The notes below the pieces were generated by a model. The model saw only the letters and a program-made list of their open reading frames with translations. It searched no databases and was not told the origin of the DNA. A DNA stretch of 64,000 nt from Planctomycetota bacterium (GTDB taxonomy: Bacteria; Planctomycetota; Phycisphaerae; UBA1845), in assembly GCA_024280855.1 (NCBI GenBank), contig JAJRPG010000051.1, positions 107-64,106 of the forward strand. Direction: 5' to 3'. The translations under genes and the position numbers were made by a program. This document shows positions 1 through 7,529 of this stretch, one piece after another. The number at the start of each line of letters is the position of its first letter. Position 1 is the first letter of the stretch.

Positions 1-378
1 TGTGCCTTGCGTGTCGGGTAGCAAAGTCTTTTTGTCGGCGAGTACTTCCAGCTTCACCCATTTCGCGCCGGGGTTGCCCAGGCCTTCGAGCAGTTCCCGA
101 CTGAGCTTAGCTGAGCGAATGGCGTCGCGGGCGGTGAAACAGCCAGCTGTGTTGGGTAGAATGGTTAGTTTGGTCAGGTCGAGATGGTCGAGAATGTTGT
201 CAGCCTTTGCGCCGCCTTCGGAGGTGAGGACGTCTCGACGGATAGCTACGGTGACGACTTCGCATTCAGCTGCGCTTAGCGAGGCTTTCATGAGGTCGAA
301 GCTGGCGTATTTTCCGGTTCCCACGAGTAAGCGTGACGTAAATTCAAATGATCCGATGCGAAAAGTTTGGTCTGACAT
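1..378 (-). CDS. thiG: Thiazole synthase ThiG, N-terminal part (gene runs off the window start)
   Basis: The minus-strand frame is open from the ATG at 376-378 to position 1. My translation, [48 protein letters not shown]..., shows the ThiG N-terminal motifs SRLxxGTGKY and TVAxRR. The start overlaps the thiS stop (TAATG). Confidence 0.85.
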   Translation of the reverse strand, partial: MSDQTFRIGSFEFTSRLLVGTGKYASFDLMKASLSAAECEVVTVAIRRDVLTSEGGAKADNILDHLDLTKLTILPNTAGCFTARDAIRSAKLSRELLEGLGNPGAKWVKLEVLADKKTLLPDTQGT

Positions 379-578
379 TATCCACCTCCTACGAATGTGA
401 CGATTTCAATTCGATCGCCGTCTTTAATTTGTGTTTGTTCGAATGTTTTTCGAGGAACTAAGTTTTCGTTTATTTCCACAGCTACCCGGACTGGCTCTAG
501 CTTTAACGTGGCTAGTAACTGCGTGACCGTCGTATTCTCACTAACCGTTGTATCTGATCCGTTGACGTTTACTTGCAT
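378..578 (-). CDS. thiS: Sulfur carrier protein ThiS (66 aa from the internal ATG; the ORF track extends to 653)
   Basis: The translation MQVNVNGS...[13 protein letters not shown] has ubiquitin-like ThiS length and ends in the C-terminal GG typical of ThiS/MoaD carriers. It sits directly upstream of thiG with an overlapping stop/start. Confidence 0.85.
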   Translation of the reverse strand: MQVNVNGSDTTVSENTTVTQLLATLKLEPVRVAVEINENLVPRKTFEQTQIKDGDRIEIVTFVGGG

Positions 579-624
579 GTTTCGTGCCTGCGTAAGTTTC
601 GTATTTCCTGGCTCGTTGATGTCA

Positions 625-1047
625 TTATAGAATTGAGGCCGTGGTTGGTACAAGTGGTTCGAGCTTTTGTGAGTGGATTATTAAAATATAGACAATCGCA
701 GCCGCGAGAATAGCTAGGGTCATGCCGACCTTGGCTTGGAGTCGTTGGGACTGGATAGCTGGGTCGCTGTCATCTTCCTTGCGATATGCCCAGAGAATTA
801 GACCGCCGAAGCAAAGTGCGCCGGGTGATTCAAACCAGAGTACGCCCACCACGTTCATATCGGTGAAAAATGGGCGATGAATAGCCATGCTTCCTGCGAT
901 GATGAGGGAGAGAAGCCCGACCCAAACACTTAGTAATGCCAGCATGATTTTGAAAAGCCTATGTTGCAACCCTATTTCGTCCGAGCATACGGCTCGTTCG
1001 GGCTGATAGGATACCATGTTTGGCTTGGCTGGGGGATGCCTTATCAT
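625..1047 (-). CDS. Small hypothetical integral membrane protein
   Basis: A 140-aa ORF with several hydrophobic helices (LALLSVWVGLLSLIIAGSMAI, VVGVLWFESPGALCFGGLILWAY, MTLAILAAAIVYILII). No family was recognised. Confidence 0.4.
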   Translation of the reverse strand: MIRHPPAKPNMVSYQPERAVCSDEIGLQHRLFKIMLALLSVWVGLLSLIIAGSMAIHRPFFTDMNVVGVLWFESPGALCFGGLILWAYRKEDDSDPAIQSQRLQAKVGMTLAILAAAIVYILIIHSQKLEPLVPTTASIL

Positions 1048-1085
1048 GCAATCCTAGCGCTTTTTGATGTACTTGCCTGAAATAG

Positions 1086-2333
1086 ATGGCAAAGGCTCCA
1101 GGTGATAATGACATGATTGAATTAGAAGAAGCTCAACGAATTTTGCTGGAACAGGTTCCTGTTGGTCCTACGGTTTCGCTGAAGCTGCGTGATGCGGCTG
1201 GATGTCGGCTGGCGAAGGCGATTGGCTGTGATATGGATTATCCGCCGTTTGCTCGTTCGGTGATGGATGGGTACGCGGTGAAGGCTGCTGATGTAGCTAA
1301 GGCGCCAGTTGAGCTTCGGGTGGCGGGGCAGGTTCCTGCGGGGCTGGATTCTTCGCTGGTGTTGAAAGCTGGTGAGGCCATTCAGATAAATACTGGTGCG
1401 CCGATACCGGATGGTGCGGACGCCGTGGTTCGCGTGGAAATTACCAAGCTGAGCGATGATGGCTCGCATGTGGAGATTTTGGAATCGGTACCGGAGGGGA
1501 AGTTTATCACGGAGCGGGCGACGTATGCGCGGGCGGGTGACGTAGTGCTGGAGGCGGGTGCAATACTCTCTCCGATGAACATGGCTGTGGCTGCGACGGC
1601 GGGTGCGGCGGAGGTTTGCGTTTATAAAAAACCGACGGCGGCGTTTCTGGTGACGGGTGATGAACTGGTTGATGTGGACGCTCAGCCTCGCGGTGCGCAG
1701 ATTCGTAATTCGAATGAATATCTATTGGCTTCGCTGTTGAAGGCGGATGGGCTTGATGCGAAGTCGCTCGGTGTAGCTGGTGACGACCCGGCTGAGCTGC
1801 GCCGGAAAATGGAGGCGGGGTGTGAGCAGGGTGTGCTGATTACGACCGGGGGAATTTCGATGGGGGCGTTTGATTTTGTGCCCCGCATTTTGGAAGAGCT
1901 TGGTGCAGAGATGCTGGTTCATAAAATTGCGATTAAGCCAGGTCGTCCGACGATTGTGGCACGGATGCCGGGAGGGGCTTGGGTGTTCGCGCTGCCGGGG
2001 AATCCGTTGAGCGCGTTGGTGGGGTATGAGTTAATGGTGCGCCCGGCGCTTTCTCGAATGCAGGGTGGTGATGGTAAGGCTGCGCGAGAGATGCAGGCGA
2101 TATGTGACGGGGAGTTGTCAGCTGTGCGCGACCGGCAGACGTTTATCCCGGCTGTGGTGCGGGTGAATGATGATGGCGCGTGGGCGGTGCGGCTGTTGTC
2201 ATGGTTCGGGTCAGGCGATGCGGTTGGGGCAGCAAATGCCAATGCGCTGATTCATCGTCCGGCGCATGCGGCTGCGGTTACGCGTGGCGATATAGTTTCT
2301 GTGATGTTGTTGCCGCATAGTATGGATGTTTAG
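1086..2333 (+). CDS. moeA: Molybdopterin molybdenumtransferase MoeA
   Basis: 415 aa with typical MoeA architecture and motifs (SVMDGYAV, INTGAPIP.GADAVV, ITTGGISMGAFDF, KPGRP...LPGNP). Confidence 0.9.
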   Translation: MAKAPGDNDMIELEEAQRILLEQVPVGPTVSLKLRDAAGCRLAKAIGCDMDYPPFARSVMDGYAVKAADVAKAPVELRVAGQVPAGLDSSLVLKAGEAIQINTGAPIPDGADAVVRVEITKLSDDGSHVEILESVPEGKFITERATYARAGDVVLEAGAILSPMNMAVAATAGAAEVCVYKKPTAAFLVTGDELVDVDAQPRGAQIRNSNEYLLASLLKADGLDAKSLGVAGDDPAELRRKMEAGCEQGVLITTGGISMGAFDFVPRILEELGAEMLVHKIAIKPGRPTIVARMPGGAWVFALPGNPLSALVGYELMVRPALSRMQGGDGKAAREMQAICDGELSAVRDRQTFIPAVVRVNDDGAWAVRLLSWFGSGDAVGAANANALIHRPAHAAAVTRGDIVSVMLLPHSMDV

Positions 2334-2354
2334 TGTTACGATTGGTGAGCCGAC

Positions 2355-3182
2355 ATGAATCCTGAATCAGAATTGAAAGCAAGTGTTGATCGCGATGTTT
2401 CGTGCGTAACGTGCGGATATAATTTGCGCGGGTTGCAGGAGGATGGGAAGTGTCCGGAGTGTGGCGAAAAGGTAAGCGACACGCTGGAAAATGTGTTGGC
2501 GATGGCTGACCGTAAGTTGCTTGTGGAATTGCGGAAAACTGTCACTGTGCTTGCGATTGTGCGTGTCTGTTTATTGGTTTGTGTATTGTCTCCGGTTGTG
2601 GTTGGCATTATTTTGCAGGGGCAACCTAGCAAATATAGTGATGAGTTAATGGGCGCAGATTTAATTTTGCTAATCGTTTCAATGTGTTTATACGTTGGCG
2701 GGTTGTTCGGGATGGCTGGGATAACCTGGGATTTGCTAGATACTCGGCCGAGCATGATGAGATATCTTGTGTTCGCTGCCGTGATAGTAATGTTTTCTGC
2801 TTTGTTGGTCAGAATGATTGAGCCATACATTCTTTTTTTGCTGATTTGGCCATTGACCATAATTCCATTGTTGATGGAAGCTTATGTCTGCGGCTTAGCT
2901 GGAAGTATTGCGAAAAAAACAGGTAACAAGATTTTTAAAAGGATTACGAGATTGGCTAAGGCAATTGTTAGGTTTGCAGTGGTGATTACGAGTCTGGCGA
3001 TTTTACTGTTAATGTTTTGTGGGACCGATTTGCAAGGCTTAACGGGTATGAATGTGTTGGAAATGATGAACTATGTAGCGCTTGGTGGTGTTGTAGTGTT
3101 GGGAACTATTTTATTGCTCAATGCTGTTATCCTATGGCGATTACGACGGATACTCAAACCTTTTTGCGCGGCGCTCTCGTGA
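2355..3182 (+). CDS. Polytopic membrane protein with an N-terminal CxxC...CxxC zinc-ribbon (paralog 1)
   Basis: The N-terminus DRDVSCVTCGYNLRGLQEDGKCPECGEKV is followed by about 6 hydrophobic helices. It is a tandem paralog of 3213-4013. Confidence 0.6.
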   Translation: MNPESELKASVDRDVSCVTCGYNLRGLQEDGKCPECGEKVSDTLENVLAMADRKLLVELRKTVTVLAIVRVCLLVCVLSPVVVGIILQGQPSKYSDELMGADLILLIVSMCLYVGGLFGMAGITWDLLDTRPSMMRYLVFAAVIVMFSALLVRMIEPYILFLLIWPLTIIPLLMEAYVCGLAGSIAKKTGNKIFKRITRLAKAIVRFAVVITSLAILLLMFCGTDLQGLTGMNVLEMMNYVALGGVVVLGTILLLNAVILWRLRRILKPFCAALS

Positions 3183-3212
3183 TGTGTTTACTTGTGAAGT
3201 TATCGAATTCGA

Positions 3213-4013
3213 ATGAAGCTTAGCCCTGAATTAAATGCCTGTGTTGACCGCGATGTTTCGTGCGTAACGTGCGGATATAATTTGCGCGGGTTGCAGGAGG
3301 ATGGCCGATGTTCGGAGTGTGGGGCGAATGTGCGTCCTTCGCTTGTGAATGTACTGTCATTGGCTAGGCCGTCGTTTCTTGCGCAATTGCGGGGTACGAT
3401 CTCGTCCTATGCAATAGCGCGGGTAATTATTTTGGCGGGCGTTATATTGCGATGCCTACCTTATGATTTGGGTGATCTGGTGTTTACCACTGTGCTTGTG
3501 CTGCAAAGTGTTTCGGCATTGCTATATTTTGGGGGGATGCTTGGCATAGTTAGAATGGCTAGGGAAATGAATTGCGTCAGCACTGACCTGTTGCGTTATG
3601 TGGTATACGTTTTCATTTCGTTTGTGTTTGCTTTACTAGCGGAGGTGTCCAGGTCACAATTTCAATTGGTGGCGAACTGGTCAATTTCTATTGCACCATT
3701 TTTGTTTGAAGAACTAGTATGCCGTTGCGTTGGACAAATTGCTCATAGGTCAGGTAACGATCCTCTTTTTCGTTTCACAAAATGTGCGAGGTTGATTATA
3801 TTTTCTGCATTGATAGTCACTGGCATTACTGTCTTGACGTGCCTATTAAGTGGTAACACTTGGCAAGGATTTTTCATGACGGCGGGGGTGTGGGGCATTA
3901 TAGACTACGTTGCTATAGGTACTATGGTTGTGTTTGGCGTCGTTGTCGTACTGGATACGATTATTCTTTGGCGATTTCGGAAAATGCTTCGGCCCTATTA
4001 TGTTGGGGCCTAG
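3213..4013 (+). CDS. Polytopic membrane protein with an N-terminal CxxC...CxxC zinc-ribbon (paralog 2)
   Basis: The N-terminus DRDVSCVTCGYNLRGLQEDGRCSECGANV, the helix layout and the C-terminal ILWRFRKMLRPY tail all match paralog 1. Confidence 0.6.
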   Translation: MKLSPELNACVDRDVSCVTCGYNLRGLQEDGRCSECGANVRPSLVNVLSLARPSFLAQLRGTISSYAIARVIILAGVILRCLPYDLGDLVFTTVLVLQSVSALLYFGGMLGIVRMAREMNCVSTDLLRYVVYVFISFVFALLAEVSRSQFQLVANWSISIAPFLFEELVCRCVGQIAHRSGNDPLFRFTKCARLIIFSALIVTGITVLTCLLSGNTWQGFFMTAGVWGIIDYVAIGTMVVFGVVVVLDTIILWRFRKMLRPYYVGA

Positions 4014-4068
4014 TGGAATGGACTGTATGGTCGGCAGAAATAACTTCATGTGTGCAGATCCAGTTTGT

Positions 4069-4098
4069 CATGCCCGCGCAGGCTGAAGCCCGCGGCTC
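4069..4098. repeat. GC-rich palindromic intergenic repeat, copy 1 (CCGCGCrGGCTrAAGCyCGCGG family)
   Basis: catgCCCGCGCAGGCTGAAGCCCGCGGCTC lies 56 nt after the stop of 3213-4013. Near-identical copies are at 20252-20281 (opposite orientation) and 35503-35525. It can fold as a hairpin. Confidence 0.65.
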
Positions 4099-4163
4099 GG
4101 TTAGATTGACAATTTGTAGTATGATATGCAACGGTAGCGGGCTGGACATCGGAAGGTTTTTAG

Positions 4164-5921
4164 TTGACACGAAGTAAGAAAAATAAAAAACGATCGCAAG
4201 TCGAGATGGCTGAGCCGGAAGCTTCACTATTGCGCGAGGTGATGGAGCCTACCGATTTTGTCATCTCTTCCCATCGGGCTTTTGCGTGGCTGTCGCTTTG
4301 CTCGCTGGTGTCGATGAGTTTGATCTTTGCGCCGATTTCCTTTTGGCCTTTGTCTTTCGTTTGCTTGGTCCCGTGGCTGGTATTGGTGGGTGGGGCTAAG
4401 CAAGCGCCGCGGGTTTACTTTTATAGCGTGGCGATGGGGCTGGCGTTTTTTCTTATCAATATGCGATGGATGTATCTGACGACAGGCCCTGGATATGCGG
4501 CTATGTCGGTTTATCTTTCGTGGTATTTCCCGCTGATGGCTTGTCCGGTTCGCTCGGTGGTGCGTCGTCGTCGCTGGCCTTTGGCGATTGTGTTTCCTTT
4601 TGTATGGGTGGGCAGCGAGATTGTTCGCTCGGTGGTGATCTCCGGGTTTCCGTGGTTTTTCCTTGCGCATAGCGTGTCCGGCGTACAGACGCTTATTCAA
4701 ATTAGTGATCTGGTCGGTGCGTACGGCGTGAGTTTTATGATCGCGGCGGTGAACGGCGCAGCTGCGGATGTGATTATCAAAAAGTTAGCAGCGAAGCAAT
4801 CACCACCGGCGAAGCTTGGCCCGGTGCATCGAACGTTAGGCGGGCTAGTGGCGCTGGGCTTGGTCGTGTTTACCGTGGGGTATGGCGTCATTCAACTCAA
4901 TCGCGATACGACCAGCGTTGGCCCGAAGATAGCTACCCTGCAGGGCGATTTTGTGAATTTGGTAGAAGGTGACGCAGTGGATGATGTGGGGAAACGCGCG
5001 CTTTATATGAAGATGTTGCAGGCATCGACCGCGGATGATCCAGATTTATATTTGTTGCCGGAAACGCCTTGGATCATGTATTTGAATCAAGAAGCTCGTC
5101 ATTTTCAGTCGTTCTGGTTGGATAGTTTTCAGCGATTGCAAAGGCACGCCAGCGAGCATCGGGCTTATGTGGTGACGGGCAGCGCGTCGGCTGAGCAGAC
5201 GCCGAATGATTTAGTGACCAAGCAACGTCGGTACAACTCGGCTAATGTTTTTCATCCGGATGCGCGTGAGCCTGACCGTTACGATAAGGTTCATCTGGTC
5301 TATTTCGGTGAGACAGTTCCGTTTCGATTTGGCAACTTTAGATTTTTATACTTTTGGCTGAATCGTCTGATGCCGTTTAGCATGGGCGGTAAGTATGAGT
5401 ATTCGCTAATTCATGGCAAAGCGTTCGACGTGTTTACGATGGCTCCGAAGTCGCAGCAGGGGAAGCAGTATCGCTTTGGCATTCCCATTTGTTATGAAGA
5501 CGTGATGCCTTATGTGAGCCGGGCGTTTGCGTTTGGTGAGGATGGGAAGAAGCGGGTCGATTTTCTTTTGAATATCAGCAACGATGGTTGGTTTGGCCGA
5601 GGTATTCAGCAGCCTCAACATTTGGCGATAAGCACATTTCGTGCGGTGGAAAATCGCATCGGCATCGTTCGGGCGGTTAATACCGGCATCAGTGCGTTTA
5701 TTGATCCCAGCGGCTATGTGCATGACGTGGTTAATGGTTATGAGCAAACGGAGTTTGATGGTAACGCGGGATACGTCTCGGCTAATGTGCTGGTCGATTC
5801 GCGTTATACTTTCTATACGAGGTTCGGCGACTGGTTTGGCTGGTTGTGTGCGGTGCTTTGGCTGGCGTTTTTTGTGGATTATTGGATCGTGCGCGTAAGA
5901 ACGAGGAATGACGAGCCATGA
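4164..5921 (+). CDS. lnt: Apolipoprotein N-acyltransferase Lnt (start may be the ATG at 4206)
   Basis: An N-terminal multi-TM region is followed by a CN-hydrolase domain with conserved blocks (YDKVHLVYFGETVPF, PICYEDVMP with the catalytic Cys, NISNDGWF). Confidence 0.85.
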   Translation: MTRSKKNKKRSQVEMAEPEASLLREVMEPTDFVISSHRAFAWLSLCSLVSMSLIFAPISFWPLSFVCLVPWLVLVGGAKQAPRVYFYSVAMGLAFFLINMRWMYLTTGPGYAAMSVYLSWYFPLMACPVRSVVRRRRWPLAIVFPFVWVGSEIVRSVVISGFPWFFLAHSVSGVQTLIQISDLVGAYGVSFMIAAVNGAAADVIIKKLAAKQSPPAKLGPVHRTLGGLVALGLVVFTVGYGVIQLNRDTTSVGPKIATLQGDFVNLVEGDAVDDVGKRALYMKMLQASTADDPDLYLLPETPWIMYLNQEARHFQSFWLDSFQRLQRHASEHRAYVVTGSASAEQTPNDLVTKQRRYNSANVFHPDAREPDRYDKVHLVYFGETVPFRFGNFRFLYFWLNRLMPFSMGGKYEYSLIHGKAFDVFTMAPKSQQGKQYRFGIPICYEDVMPYVSRAFAFGEDGKKRVDFLLNISNDGWFGRGIQQPQHLAISTFRAVENRIGIVRAVNTGISAFIDPSGYVHDVVNGYEQTEFDGNAGYVSANVLVDSRYTFYTRFGDWFGWLCAVLWLAFFVDYWIVRVRTRNDEP

Positions 5922-6982
5922 ACAAGCGTCGCAAATTGTTGAGACTATCAGTTTCGACTTTGTTATTCTTTGCCATGTTTTGGGTATCGGGTTGTGCTGC
6001 GCCGAAGAAGGCGATGCCTGTCATGCAGAAGGCGAAGCTTAGTCGGGCGGCATGGGATTGTTTGGGCGCAGGTGTGCGTTACCAAGACAATCCGGCCGTG
6101 CGAGCGCAGGCGGTTGAGGCGATGCGACATAGTGCCAGGGATGAGGCGCTTCCGTGGATTCGTTCGTCACTTTTAGATAATCATCCAGCGGTGAGGTTTG
6201 CAGGATGTATGGCTGTGGGCGAGTTGGCGGATGAGAGGGCAAGGTCAGCGGTTGAGAAAATTCTTGATGATGCGGACGACAGCGTGCGCATCGCCGCGAT
6301 TTTTGCAGTTCATCGCTTGGGAGATACTTCTCATACAGCTAAGCTTACAAGTTACTTGTTGCGTGATGATGATCCGCTGGTTCGGCGCAACGCAGCTATG
6401 GTTTTGGGGCGTTTGCGTGAGCATTCTGCTGTCATGCCATTGGCACAGTCTATGAAGGATTCGGATGGTGGTGTGCGTAATTATGCTCTGGAAGCCATGG
6501 CGTTGCTGGAAAATAAGCAGGCGATTCAGGAATTGACTTTCATGGCGAATACCGGCGTCGGGGCGGAGGAAGTTTTTGCGGTGCAGGCATTATCGACGTC
6601 TCGCAGCCCACGTTTTATTGAGTTGTTTCGATACAAATTGGTCAATGCGGTGCATATTGAAACGAGGCTTGCGGCGGCGAAGGGGCTGGGGATGTTGGGC
6701 TTGATGGACGGTTTTGGATTGGCGCTGCGTGCGTTGAAGCCTGGCGTGGCGAGAAAATATGAGTCGAGCGATGGTCCCGAGCAGCAGCAGCTTCGGACTT
6801 GGTTGATGGCTTCGTCGGCGCTGGGGGCGATGGGGAATGAAGGGGCGTTGCCGGGGCTGATGGTTTTGATGGAGTCGTCGAAAGATCCACGCGTGCAGGT
6901 GTCCGCCGCTCAGGCGATTTTACAAATTTTGCAGGCGCACCATTCGAGTGCCTCGGACGTTGCATCACTATTTAAGAAGTAG
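5918..6982 (+). CDS. HEAT-repeat lipoprotein
   Basis: Signal peptide plus lipobox (FWVSGC). Repeated HEAT/PBS-lyase-like units are present (NPAVRAQAVEAM, HPAVRFAGCMAVGEL, DDSVRIAAIFAV, DPLVRRNAAMVLGRL, DGGVRNYALEAM, DPRVQVSAAQAI). ATGA overlap with the lnt stop. Confidence 0.7.
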   Translation: MNKRRKLLRLSVSTLLFFAMFWVSGCAAPKKAMPVMQKAKLSRAAWDCLGAGVRYQDNPAVRAQAVEAMRHSARDEALPWIRSSLLDNHPAVRFAGCMAVGELADERARSAVEKILDDADDSVRIAAIFAVHRLGDTSHTAKLTSYLLRDDDPLVRRNAAMVLGRLREHSAVMPLAQSMKDSDGGVRNYALEAMALLENKQAIQELTFMANTGVGAEEVFAVQALSTSRSPRFIELFRYKLVNAVHIETRLAAAKGLGMLGLMDGFGLALRALKPGVARKYESSDGPEQQQLRTWLMASSALGAMGNEGALPGLMVLMESSKDPRVQVSAAQAILQILQAHHSSASDVASLFKK

Positions 6983-6994
6983 CCGGAGTCACCG

Positions 6995-7525
6995 ATGCGT
7001 TGGATTGGATTTATTGTTATAGCGGGTATCGTGGTGACGATGCAGGCGTCGCTTGGGCCTTGGCTTTCGGTTGGTGGCGTGAGGCCTGATTTGTGCCTGG
7101 TGTTTGTCGTGTTTCTGAGCTTGCGGGTGCGTGCAGGAGATGCGGGGATTGGCGCATTTTTTATGGGCGTCGCGGGCGATTTGATGTCCATCGAGCGTTT
7201 CGGCTTGTTAGCGGTGTCTTATATGTTGGTGGCCATGCTCGTTTCGTTTGCCAAAGAATTTCTTTTCCGTCGTCATGTGGTCGCGTTCGTCGCGGTAACG
7301 TTGGTGGCGGGATTGGTTTTGCGAATGTCGTGGCTGATATATCGCCATCTGTTGTACGATTCCAGTGAGCGTATCGCAGCTGCGCTGTTGGATGATGTGT
7401 TTGGTGGTGCCGTATATTCCGCTTTCTTCGCGCTCATCAGTTCCGGGGGGTTGGTAAGCATTTCGGCGGTTTTTTGCGAAGATAAGTCTGGCTATGCGCA
7501 TTCTACACGGAATCGGTTAGCATGA
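6995..7525 (+). CDS. mreD: Rod shape-determining protein MreD
   Basis: 176-aa polytopic protein with MreD-like N-terminal signature (VRPDLCLVFVVFLSL, GFxxGxxxDL-like FFMGVAGDL). It sits directly upstream of mrdA-rodA. Confidence 0.65.
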   Translation: MRWIGFIVIAGIVVTMQASLGPWLSVGGVRPDLCLVFVVFLSLRVRAGDAGIGAFFMGVAGDLMSIERFGLLAVSYMLVAMLVSFAKEFLFRRHVVAFVAVTLVAGLVLRMSWLIYRHLLYDSSERIAAALLDDVFGGAVYSAFFALISSGGLVSISAVFCEDKSGYAHSTRNRLA

Positions 7526-7529
7526 CCGC

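Noticed and set aside
2-400. Plus-strand ORF of 132 aa at the window start
   Set aside because: It lies antisense to a clear ThiG N-terminus ([16 protein letters not shown]) and has Ser/Arg-rich low-quality composition. It is a shadow ORF.
579-660. Possible TPP riboswitch upstream of thiS
   Set aside because: Only about 46 nt separate thiS from the upstream ORF, and no CTGAGA or ACCTGATCTGGATAATGCCAGCG-like core is present.
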